Assembly: GCA_037379345.1 (NCBI GenBank)
Contig: CM074513.1
Coordinates: 3,100,001-3,164,000 of the forward strand
Reading direction: 5' to 3'
Length of the DNA: 64,000 nt
From: Perna viridis
Taxonomy: Eukaryota
A program made the translations under genes and the position numbers. Shown here piece by piece: positions 37,401-49,214 of the stretch. The notes beneath the pieces were generated by a model. That model had not been told where the DNA came from and searched no databases. It worked only from the letters and a program-made list of their open reading frames with translations. The stretch's first letter is position 1. The number at the start of each line of letters is the position of its first letter.

Positions 37401-39888
37401 AGTAGAAAATACTGTAACAAGCTCACGAAAGTTATACCCCCTACTCACTTCACTTGAACGTAACACATGCAATATCCTTAGGTTGGATTGTTTTTCACAT
37501 GCAGACACATGTAACATTCTTAAGTTGCATTGTTTTTTACATGCAGACATAATATTTTAAATTTTCATTTTTTCATGAACATCTACTTAGTATCTCAACA
37601 TCACCATAAAGTTTCATCAAAATTCACAGATAAGTTAAGGAGGAATTTACAAATCGAACATGTACAAATTATCTCCCCTAAGAGAAATGAAAGAATCATT
37701 TTCTATAATGCAATAATTCATGCATTTTATAGAATGCCAAGCCTGTCTAGAAATTTATCTCAAAACCCAGTGTGTGGTTTAGAGGATGTGCTTACATGAT
37801 GTAACATAAATATGTAAAACCTTACGATGAATTTTGTGATTTTAACACAGGTACTATTGAGTGATAAACAATCAATAAAAAAAACAGAAACAACAGAGAA
37901 TTTTTAAAGGTAAAACACCAATGTACACTGCTGTTTGAGTTCTAGTCTTATCTGAAACTTAAATCTTTATTGTAGCCCTACCCCTTTATACATGTATCAG
38001 CACAAACCTCCAGGGGAGTAGTAAGAAGCCAGCAGCATATCTTGGGCTGTTGGTGACAGACTAGCAATGTTAATACCAGCAGCATCTGTAAAGGCTCCAC
38101 CAAATCCTAACATTGTTTGATAAGTTATGTTCTTGTTGATGGTGAAAACCACTGTAATGAGAATACACATAATGAACAGCATCATAAAGACTTCAAAGCT
38201 GATTTTTATGGTTCCTGTTGATGCAAAATTTTGAAACAAAACCGATACAAGACATGAGTTATTCATGGTAAAAAAATAGGAAACTTGGAGAAAAAAATAG
38301 GAATTAGAAGGTAAGGTCTAGATCTGTAACTTTTGATATTAGAATTTTAGATAAAAAAGTAGGAATTCCTATTTAAAAAGGCAAAAATACATGTCTGCAA
38401 TACATGTAAATCTAATTTTACATTCACTATAAATTGTTTAATTAAAAAAGTCATCAATTCATGTATAAAGTATTTAAAATATAACTGCTTCTTTAAATGC
38501 ACTTGACTGGAAATACATGTCTTAAACTAAACCTTTGCTATCTGCAGAAGACACAAATTCTCCACAAGTCTTGTTCAGTCTCCGTCCTTCCTGTGTAGAT
38601 GTGTACACAGTATATTTCCCTCTGGGTAGAGGAACATTAGGCTCCACTGTGTCACAATAAGAAGAGTTACAGGCACACACAAATGAACTCTGTCCAAAAT
38701 GTCTTCTTTCACATAGTTGTATACCTGTGTAAAAGAAACCACAAGATGAAAAGGTAAAATTTCAAATTAGTAGATCTTTATGAATATCAATTTTTGAAGC
38801 ATTTTCAGAAATTCAGGGTCATTCTGTCATCAAAACTGAGAATCTCATTCGTAATGCTTTACATTGACATCATTGCTATTTTCTAACACAAGTGCTGGAT
38901 TATATTATACCACTAGTCATTAATATTTGTTATTTCATACCAGAAAAAAATTAGTAATTTCAATTGGATAAAACCTTTACATATGGTATTAATTAACCTG
39001 CAGTATAAAGTTTTACCAGTCAATATCATCATATGATAATGCTAGGTTATGAATTTAGAGTTACATCCCCTTATTAAAACTCATTCGCGATCAAGCAGTT
39101 GTCAATGTAAATATGCAGAAACACAATTTTCATGGCTTTATGAAAAAATCAAGGATATGGTTCCTCAATGAAAGAAACATAATAGTTGTTGATAAACTGG
39201 TCAATATCGTGATATTAAGACTGTCCACATGGCAGCAGTAACGACTAAGACCGTAATAATGACCCAGCTGACTTAACACTAGCTGCGAAATCGTAGCTAT
39301 TGATCTTTTTTTTTATTTTGTGATCTAACGTTAAGAAAATACAAAAAAAAATAGTTAGAGCTACGTTTTGCAGCTAACTTAACACATGTGCAGGATTATA
39401 CCACTAGTGGCACCCATGCTTTCCCGGGAAGATATGATTTAAACATAAAAACCAGTCCCTGTGTATTGTAAATGTCACCTTTATTACACTACGACGGTGA
39501 TATTGGTTGGTAGGAAAAAGAAAACATTCAAAAATATGTTTTAGTTGTAACATTATTAGAATATTATGGGAACTGTAGTGACCCTTTTGGTATTCCAAAA
39601 TCTGGAAGGACCATGCAGTCATGTTGCATTGGGAAAATACAGTCTTTTTCAACCAATAACACACTAGGTTAAAATCTTTAAAATAAAAGCTTATATTTTA
39701 ACAATAAATATGTAAATAAAATTTTAATGGACAAATCATATTTATTTTAATGGACAAATCATATCACGGGGCACAGAGTTAAATCTGCTTGTGTTAGTGG
39801 AAAAAAAACACTACTGTTTGAATATTCTTTTTATAAAAAACATTTTACCTTCAAATAAAATTAATAGTGTCGTTAAAAAGAGGATCAT
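31470..39888 (-). CDS. GBA: Lysosomal acid glucosylceramidase (GH30), ~505 aa
   Basis: Exons: 39888-39849 (putative signal peptide [13 protein letters not shown], less certain), 38724-38533 (CACNSSYCD), 38151-38008 ([11 protein letters not shown]), 37384-37251 ([18 protein letters not shown]), 36264-36092 ([12 protein letters not shown]), 35652-35415 (TAQNEP, acid/base Glu), 34662-34441 (AVHWY, LATEAC nucleophile Glu), 33351-33197 ([13 protein letters not shown]), 32540-32424, 31572-31470 (HSIQTVIW, stop). All junctions are GT-AG and in phase. Confidence 0.95.
36643..36823. mobile_element. MITE with CTGTAAA..TTTACAG termini, TA duplication
   Basis: TA-CTGTAAAGATA ... TATGTTTACAG-TA in a GBA intron. 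Confidence 0.65.
39280..39376. mobile_element. 97-bp MITE with 9-bp target site duplication
   Basis: ACTTAACAC-TAGCTGCGAAATCGTAGCT ... AGCTACGTTTTGCAGCTA-ACTTAACAC. Confidence 0.85.
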
Positions 39889-40846
39889 ATCTCAGGAAAA
39901 ATAATTTTTCTCCCCAGACAATGGGAACATACAAACAGGGGATAGTAACATGCTTATACAGTTTATCAGATCGGTACAGATACAATTCGCCACTTAACAT
40001 ACTAATCAATTCACTAATATATTTGATATTTGTGATATAAACTCGGGGAGGGCGCACTAAAATACTTCTTTAATATGGAAAAACGCTGGGATTCTCTTAC
40101 TCCATCCTATTAAAATATTTTGCTTTTGAAAATGATTTAGACCTTTTCATATATTTTTTCAGAAAAAAGAGACCTAGCTAATCCCATATAGATTATGATA
40201 CACTGGGTCATATGATAACAATATTCATCACGCATGTACTCTACAAACACGAAAATAGTTGCAACAGATGTAAGGACAAGATGTTTTTGGCGTAAAATTT
40301 ATTGGCATATCATGCATGTTTGTTTTTCCCCACCTACTGACATAATTACAAGCTGGAAAATGGTGCATATTCCAGCGGCACGTCCTATCACCTTTAAATT
40401 TCAGTTTGACCTGGAAATGAAAAACAATTGATGAAAAGGAAATAATGTTAAGCTTTTTTTATATCAGAACGAGGTCACTTTGAATTAATGTAATACGGAA
40501 ACAAACTATATCACACTTGTTTTTTTTTCAATGTAAATCCAATATCACTAAAACACAATTTTAATGGAACTCTTTTAATGAACGGAGCTGTATTGTATTA
40601 AAAATATCCTTGCAATTAGCGTCATATTGACAGGTTCATCAAACTCCAGAGATACTGATTGTGCTCATCCGATCATGAAAATTTTTTTATTATGCGTTAG
40701 CTACCTTTTTGTGGCTTTTTTTCATACAAGACACATATAATATGATTATATGACTACCTGGGACTGTATTTGATTACTAAAAATGTGATTATCCAAACAA
40801 AAAGTGGTGATAAAGTGACAACTTGTACCCACCAGGGAGCGTACAA

Positions 40847-40855
40847 TATATAAAG
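40847..40855 (+). promoter_or_regulatory. Candidate TATA box of the orphan receptor gene
   Basis: TATATAAAG ~160 bp upstream of the ATG at 41011. Confidence 0.4.
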
Positions 40856-41010
40856 TCCATGGACCCAAATGTGTACAGAAGCAAGCTGACTTATGGAAGA
40901 AATTGAATCACCATCGTAAATTACAATTACTCACCAGTCACGTGTTATGGTTCCAAGAAAAAAAGCGGAGAACGTGTATTATTTTCATAGTGATGACACA
41001 TTTTATTTTC

Positions 41011-44000
41011 ATGGAATTTAAAATCACAATTCTAATTTTGATATCCCCAAGTATATTACGTATTAGCACAGGTATCTGTACATTATTCATAATATTTAGC
41101 AATATAGAGATAAGCTTATAAGTCTTTATTTCATATATTTTAAGATATTGCTTTATATTGATTTTTGTTTAATTTGTAAAGAGGATCAAAGTTGAATTCA
41201 AATATGATTTAAAAGATAGTGGTTGAAATAAAATATAAATAAAGACGCGTCCGAAATTCAGGCCCCCCGATATCAGAATACAAATATATGCATCACATGA
41301 ATGACAAATATTCAAACCAAACCGTTTTTTTTTTCAGGTAACATCGACGAGGGTGATCCTATAATTATACTGAGAGGATCGTGTAATGCGACGGCAGATG
41401 CTACATCATACAGCATAACATGTTCTGCAAATACAGTTCCGTTTGGTAATACGGCAAAGTTTTTTATGGACGGTGACTTCGTCAACAATATACGAAGATA
41501 CAATAATCGATGTTACCGGACTGTGAATTCTGATGTTTGCCAGAGGAATACATGTAACTGTTCTGGTGATGGAAAATCTTATACTTATATTTATTCGAGA
41601 ACAGCGAGAGATAATGCCTCATTTGGCTGCTCAATGAACTTTGTTATCAAGAACAAAATACAGACTCATGAATCTCGTCTAATTACAGTCAAAGACATTA
41701 AAGGTAGTAGTAGATATACCAGGGGCGGATCCAGGATTTCATGGAGGGGAGGGATACTTACGAGAATCAGTATAAAAGGAAACCAGATTATGACATGTTT
41801 AATGAATGAATATGATAAATTGCCACATTCAATACAATTTTTAGCAGATTACGATGTTTTTTTGTTATTTTCTTTTGGAAAAGGGGGCGTATGCTCATTA
41901 CGCCCTCACCAGGACCAGCCACTGTGTACGTGAATGCCATGATAGGCGCGGCGTTTTTTTCTGGATTTTGATATGCACCTTCTCGTCACGTGATATTGTT
42001 CGTATTCTGTGTAAATCCGAATTCAACAGATTTTTAAAGTTCGTTTTGTTGTTGTATTTTCCCAATACTGTCCCAGGTAAGGGGAGGGTTGAGCGCTCAG
42101 GGACATGTTCAGTCCCGCAACATACTTTATGCCTGTCCCTAGCCAGGAACCTGTAGTCGCGATACAAGTTATATCATATTGTTAAATGAACTGTTTGGTT
42201 AATAACTGTTGTATAAAAATAAATTAATTTGAGATTAATACTGTAATCTGATTGGTTAAAATAATTTTGTTATATCTAAATGGATAAAAAAATATTCAGT
42301 TAAATCCCTATTCAGTTAAATTCAGAGCTACTTTTTCATGTTTAAAGATAAAAATATGTTTTAAAATTAATTTATAAGAAATGGCTATAATAAAAATTTT
42401 GTCTATTGAAAAATAACATGAATTTTCCATGTGCATATTTTGTTTATTGCACTTCGCGCAATAAACAATATGCACATGGAAAATTTATGTTATTTTTCAA
42501 TAGGCACAATTTTTATCATAAACAATTCTTAAATGTATTTAGAAATTCAAATGTATTAAATCTTATGTGATTAACAGTTTGCAGCAAAAATATGTACTTA
42601 AAAAATGACTGTTATAAATTGTTTCGGTCTATGAGGAAATAACCTCAATTACGTGGTGCACACTATAAATTAATATTTAGTGTGCACCATGGGCATTGAG
42701 GTTATTTCAAATAGCCCGAAAAACATATAACAGTCGTTTATTATAATTTAATTTTATTATCAAAGTTAAGGTGCAAATCAGTGAAAAAGGTTAATGACGT
42801 CACAGTCACGGTACAAAAATTTGGTTTATGAGATGATGGATAAAATATTTTATCCAATTAGAAAGCGTGTTACACCTGAAATTATTATCTTATATCATTT
42901 ATATAGATAAATGTGCTACTCATTCAAATCAAGAAGACAAAGAGATTGGTCACAATTGCAGTTACATCGCCACAAACATTACGGAGGAATACTCAACCTG
43001 TAGCGAATACAATGGGTCTGCTGAATATAAAGGGAAATTCGCACCAACACATCTTTCATCAGTCAGATGGGTACTAAATAATAAAACAAAGGACAACATC
43101 ACATGCATCTGTTTAAATCATGAAGGTGAGATATCTACTACATTTTTACACGTACACTGGTAATATGAAATTCAATATTTGACAAAACACCAAACAAAAA
43201 TGTGTCAAAATTCCAATTCGGAACGTCGAGTGATTACAAAATAATATTCCATGTTGCTATGCATAATTTTAAAAAAATGTATTTTTTTTTTTACATCCTT
43301 AATTTTAAACGGCTTTAAATTGATTATATTATACGGTTAATGTGACTTTTATAGGTGTGGTTCAAACACCAGTATTTGATAGAGTGTCTATAGTTACTCT
43401 CTTATCAGTGGTACCTGCGTTATTGCTGTTAATTACGTTTGCTGCACTTAAGTACAGGTGCTTTAAACGCAGGAAAGGTAATTATAATAATCAATGATTA
43501 TAATTTAACTTAGAAAAAGTCGATCACTCTAATAAAAAGTTCAAGAATGACTTATTGGAACGTATGAAATCTTTGATAATTTGCAACTCCGTACTGTATC
43601 TATGTGTCAGGAGTTTTCGGCGGAACTTCATACTTATGTAGCAGTCTTTCTAAAAATCAGACAAAAGGTGATTCATGCATGTTAAAAATCCACCGAATTT
43701 AGTTTTATTTCTTGTTTAGAAACAGTTACTGATCACATAACCAGTCTTATTTTTTTCCATAGGCTGTTGCATTTATGAGATAAAAAATATATAGATTGTA
43801 CATAAAATTGACACTTTGAAAGAGTTATCATTCTTGATTTGGTTTCATTTGGTTAATTTTGGTGGGAGATTAATGTATAATTATCTAAAAAGTGCAGATC
43901 TGAATGCAGAAATGATTTTCGTTATGTGAAAGTATAGCATATGTTGACTGAAAAAGCATCGTTTGTTTGGGGAGTTTTTTACACCATGAATCACTTTACC

Positions 44001-47000
44001 ATTCGCAGTGTCTGAATTTTATGTGGACATTTCCTTCTAACACCCCACTTTTAACGTCAAAATTAAGTATATATTTTGAAGTTCCGCCGAAAAAAAAAAC
44101 ATAAACAAAAACAAAAACATAAAACATAAACAAAAACCAAACTTAAAAAAACCAAACAAAAAAACAAAAAAACATTAAAAAAAACGCATTTCCGGGCACA
44201 CGAAATTGTATTGTGTCCAACAGGAAACTGAAAAAGCATCTTGTGTAGATTAGATAACAGTCATGCTTTACATCACAAAATTGCAAATGTCCATTGAAAT
44301 CATTCTAATTTAGTCCTTCCGGTCATGTTGTTACGGGAGATTTAAGCATCAACGATAACAAATCTCTCCGTAAGGTCCTTTCTAAAGGTCCCAAGTACAG
44401 TGAACCACGCTTCATAAATTGGAATTATAACTTTAAAGTTCTTGTGGATGCCGTGGAGGACTACGCTAGAAAATGGATTAAACGAAACCGAGAAGACATT
44501 GATTTACTGTCAGAGTGGGTAAAGGCTGTGAGTCTTTAATTTTGAAACGTATGAAAATTTTAAGTAGGTCTATGAGTGTCAATGCTACATCAGTCTTCAA
44601 AGACCCTATGTAGCAAAAACATTGTCTACTCTACATGACAAAGCCCAAAATAACATTGTTTCTGTCTGCAAAACGTATTACAGCCAATGTTTATTATCAT
44701 AAGTAGACATAGAGAATAATAGCAGTGATAAGACCTATACTGCCACTACACTATGCATATTCAACAAACGGTCGGCATTCCTATGGGAACAAATTGTACT
44801 CCTCTACTGGCTGACCTATTCCTTCACTCTTATGAAGCTGATCTGATCCGAAAGAAGAACATCATTTAGCTAGATCCTTTACTCTCAGTTTCCGCTATAT
44901 AGATGACGTATTATCGTTAAACAATCCTTGTTTCGGGGATTTGATACATTGCATCTAACCCAAAGAACTTGAGAGAGTAATCAAGGGAACCAAGGTTATA
45001 GCAGTAATCAAAAGAATGTAATCCAGGGACAAAGACCAGACAAGGAAAAAGACATACACAACAAAGAACATAAAGTAACCAAAATTATACATACAAAGTA
45101 ACGAAAGCAAATGAGCAACTCGGACTCCACTGAAAACTGGAAGCATGGACCAGGTGCACCGGTAGGGTAAGCGTCCTCTGCTTTTCTAGAAACACCCGCC
45201 GAGTTGCGCATAAAAAGTCAAGTCCGGGGTAGACAAACGAGGAAAGGAAAACTATAACCCGTTGAATAAATCAGTTTTCATGGTGCAGATGGATACACCA
45301 TAACGATCCACGAGTTCATGATGACGACCATAAAACTTCTGCAGTGATGACTTTAATCTTGTAGCAACATAACTCTGTTCCAGAAGCCTATTTGTTAGAG
45401 TTCTAGCGCGATACAAAAAGTCTGCGTAGTTTCGGTTGCAGCACCCCTTCTGCACCTGCGAAAGGATTTTTCATATTATAACTCATACATTATGCCAGAG
45501 CTTGCAGAAACTACGCAGACGTTTTGTATCGTACTAGATTTCTTACAATTAGGCTTCTGGAACAGAGTTATGTTGCAACAAGACTGAAGTCATCACTAAA
45601 GAAGTTTTATGGTCGTCATCATGAACATGTGGATCGTCACGGTGTATCCATCTGCACCATTAAAACTGATTTCTTTCTACTGCTATAACCTTGCTTCCCT
45701 TGATTATTCTTTCAATGTGTCATAGTTTTCCTTTCCTCTTTCATCTGCCCCGGACTTGACTTTTATGAGCAAATCGGCGGGTGTTTGTAGAAAAGCAGAG
45801 GACGCTTACCCCACCTACGCACGTGGTCCATGCTCCCAGTTTTAAATGGAGTCCGAGTTGCCCATTTACTTTTGTAACTTTGTATGTACTATTATAGTTA
45901 TTTTATGTTCTTTTTTGTATTTGTCTCTTTTCCATGTCTGTATTTTGTCCCTGGATTACACTCTTTTGATTTCCGATGGGATCGTGGTTCCCTTGATCAC
46001 TCTAATCATGCGAATGAAAGAACAGTGCGAAATCTAAAACGTATTTTCTCAATTTGAAAAATTAAAAATTACACAGGAGGTGATTCATGTATATTTCTTA
46101 TTCAGAAACAGTCACATACCATATAAGCAGTTTCAGTTAGTCATTGTGTCGTTGAATTTTTTTTTTAAATATATAGATTGTATATGAAATTGGGTCTTTC
46201 AAAAAGTTATCATTCTTGATTTAAACGATCTAAGTGCGAGATAAAAGTATATAGTTTTCAAAATTCAAATACATATCTATATACAATATAGCATATGAAG
46301 AAAACGCTTCTTTTTCTGTACCCTGAATGACCTCGGTCTTTGAAAATATCTGAATTATATATGGATTGCTGAACTTAGAATTCATAATGCACACACCAAA
46401 GATGGAACAAAGAAAACGTAAAAAATGATAAGTGTAATATGAACATCTTTTCTAAAAAAAATATTAGCATTTAGATAGCAAGTCAAATTTCTTTCTTTTT
46501 GCGTTGATAATTTTTCAACATCACGATTAAAGCAGTGAAAATGAAGGAAAAAGTGTCGAGCTAAAATATTTTTTTCAGCCCAATAAGTAGCGTTGATATG
46601 ACTGCAAGAAAATAATATTGATATTTATTTCATAGATATACACGCTTCAAGCGATAGAGAAGATGCCAATACAAATGGGTAAGTATGAACCATTCGTCAC
46701 CAGTCATTTTGATTAGAAATTTGTTTTATTATCATAAGCTATAACTCATATAATATAAACATCTATCAAGCTGAGTTTTTTGTGTGTGTCAACGTAACAC
46801 AACTTATCAAAATTAGAAAGAGAGAACAAAATCGTGTGTAATTTCTGTTGCCAAATTATTAACAAACCTCAATGTGCTAATCAAAATATAATGAATACAT
46901 TTCTGTAATGAAAATGATAAATTCGCAGGATTAATTTTAATTCAAACATATAAAAGTGTTTTACAAAAAGTAACTAAGATTAAAGCCCAAGAAATTTGAA

Positions 47001-47360
47001 CGAAAAGATTAAATAGCAAAACAAAGAAAACACAGAAAATCACATTTATATTTGCTGTTTTAACAAATAAGGAAATTAAAACATACCCAAAATTAATCGG
47101 ATATAGATTAGCAAAAGTAAAGAAGAACTGAAAAGTAAACGCAGATGTGAGCGGTTTCTGTATTCTGCAGAAATCTGTATTTTATATATTTTTTCTATAG
47201 ATACATGGATCTGGATGACACAAACAGAGATCCTTATATTTATGCAATTCCTTTAAGAACGATTTATGAAGATCTACATGGCAGGGTATCAAGACATATT
47301 TACACTCCATTCAACATCAACATTTCAGAAGGATCAACCGGAAATGCCGAACGTCACTAA
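41011..47360 (+). CDS. Uncharacterised type I membrane receptor (~323 aa): signal peptide, Cys-rich Ig-like ectodomain, TM helix, tyrosine-motif tail
   Basis: Exons 41011-41071, 41338-41703, 42907-43125, 43355-43477, 46636-46678, 47201-47360; all GT-AG, phases 1/1/1/1/2, 972 nt open. TM VSIVTLLSVVPALLLLITFAAL followed by KYRCFKRRK; tail GYMDL..YIYAIP..TIYEDL..HIYTPF. Confidence 0.82.
42375..42531. mobile_element. Foldback/palindromic MITE
   Basis: ~75-bp arms (..GAAAAATAACATGAATTTTCCATGTGCATATT..TTTATTGC / GCAATAAACAATATGCACATGGAAAATTTATGTTATTTTTC..) around a 7-nt loop. Confidence 0.85.
42603..42740. mobile_element. Second foldback/palindromic MITE
   Basis: GACTGTTATA..GAAATAACCTCAAT..TGGTGCACACTA / TAGTGTGCACCA..ATTGAGGTTATTTC..TATAACAGTC. 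Confidence 0.8.
44255..44972 (+). mobile_element. Penelope-like retroelement RT fragment, degraded and internally deleted
   Basis: GHVVTGDL..LSKGPKYSEP..INW, QQTVGIPMGTNCTPLLADLFLHSYEA, FRYIDDVLSLNN. Confidence 0.88.
44973..45445 (-). mobile_element. Penelope-like 3' end, inverted copy
   Basis: Reverse complement of 57830-58300 (RLKSSLQKFYGRHHELVDRYGVSICTMKTDLF plus 3' structured region). Confidence 0.88.
45478..46003 (+). mobile_element. Penelope-like 3' end
   Basis: YARACRNYADVLYR..KFYGRHHEHVDR, then the same 3' repeat ending GGTTCCCTTGATCACTCT. Confidence 0.88.
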
Positions 47361-47479
47361 AACATAGTCAATCAAAGTAAAATGCTACGAATAGTTCTAG
47401 TTTACTTCAACAAGTACTGGAATTGTATTACTTATAATTACATCTCATAATTATTAAACTTAAATGTGTACAGTTCCTT

Positions 47480-48066
47480 GTAGTCAGCCGCATATCTTGA
47501 CCTACACTTAGATATCAATGGTAATGGAAAACTATTGACCAAACTATATGACAAACGCCATTACTTCTTATTCCGTATTGACAACTTTCCTTTCATCTGC
47601 GGCAACATCCCTTCAGTACCTGCGTATGGAGTATTCATATCACAATCATACGTTATGTCAGAGCTTGTCGCAACTACGCATACTTTTTGTATCGTGCTAG
47701 TCTTCTTACAATTAGGCTTCTGGAACAGGGTTATGTTGCTACAAGATTTAAGTCATCACTACAGAAGTTTTATAGTCATCATCATGAACTTGTGGGTCGT
47801 TATGGTGTATCCATCTGCACCATGAAAACTGAATTGTTCGAAATGTCATAGTCTTCTTTTCCCCTGTCCTCTACCCCGGACTTGATTTTTTAATGAGCAA
47901 CTCGGCGGGTGTTTCTAGAAAAGTAGACGACTCTATCCCTTCCGGTGCACCCGGTCCTTTTCCTAGTGTTTGTCGAGTCCGAGTAGCCCATTTAGTTTTG
48001 TTACTTTGTATGTATGTATTTTTTGTTGGTTATTTTATGTTCTTTGTTGTGTGTGTCTGTTTTCCA
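47480..48066 (+). mobile_element. Penelope-like 3' fragment (RT thumb plus 3' region)
   Basis: SAAYLDLHL..TKLYDKR..NFPFICGNIPSVPAYGVFISQ. Confidence 0.88.
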
Positions 48067-48494
48067 GTCTTAAAGTTTATATAGAAGTCCGTTTGAGTTT
48101 TATAAATCTTCGAAAAGTTGTAAGTTTTATTTTGATATGCATTCAAGTGTGTATTTTTATTTATACAAATGATATCACAATTAAAATGTAGTAAAATCAA
48201 GAAAAATTCGAAGTTGCTCATTTTTCCTCCTCTGTCAGAAATCAGTTATGTTTTGACAAATTTTGCTATGAAACAAAAATGAGCTAATTTTATTTTAAAA
48301 TTATCATTTAATTAACTAATCTTAAAGAGTCCTCAATCTAGCGATCCTGCAATAATAGCATTTATAATTCAAAATTATGGATGCAATAGGTGAAGTATAG
48401 GAATATGGAATAATCACAATTGATTTGTCTTTAAAATACGGGGGAATTCTGTTCGTGATGTTTTTTGTCATGGAGGATGTTAGCCAAATTAATT

Positions 48495-49030
48495 ATATAC
48501 CTTTGTTGACAAACGGTAGTGGAAGTAATGATTGTTTTTCTTTATCTTGACCTTTAACAAAAACTGGTTTAAAGAAAACAATATCCAAAATGATGGCCAC
48601 AAGTCTGTATAATGATGAGGTAGGTATAGAAACAGGAGTGTCAAGACTCCCTTGTTTTGTAAAGAGAGTGTAGTTGAGTAAGAGGTATAGAATAGAGCTT
48701 AGTTGGAATGTGATAAAGTTCAAGAGGTTTTTGTATAAAAAAAGAAGACCATCTATGGATACATCATGCATCTTTGGTGATGTATAGTGGCGATGGTCAA
48801 GACTTTATCCGTCATGGATTTTTGGAAAATAAATTTATGTTAAAAAGCTATTTTCTGTTTAGAAAATAGAGGGAAAAATATTCCAAAAAGACATCAAAGC
48901 ATTTTCTACTTATTTTGTTCATATTGCATAGTGTTATTCCCTAATAAGGACAGGGAGAGTCACCCTGAATGTTGCTTTATAAGGGGCAGTAACATCAATA
49001 TTGTAAACAATGGTGAGCATGGGTTTGTAA
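48495..49030 (-). mobile_element. Possible degraded Penelope-like N-terminal fragment
   Basis: LYRLVAIILDI..FKPV..LPFVNKGI resembles the region upstream of the RT in this element family; heavily decayed. Confidence 0.4.
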
Positions 49031-49214
49031 AGCATGTATAAGGGACTTAAGATGTCCATGTTGGGATTAATTGTGGGGAATCACCATAGTTTTTAACATA
49101 TTGTGCCTAATGTTAATTGTTCGTGATTTCCTGAAGGGCTGGACCACGAATATATTGCATAGTGGGACTTATTTGTTATTTAACAAGATTAGGTTATGAA
49201 AACAAGTAATAACA

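Noticed and set aside
41704-41933. C-terminal part of the 210-aa ORF 41301-41933
   Set aside because: It runs past the donor at 41704 into a MITE-like repeat; only 41338-41703 looks exonic.
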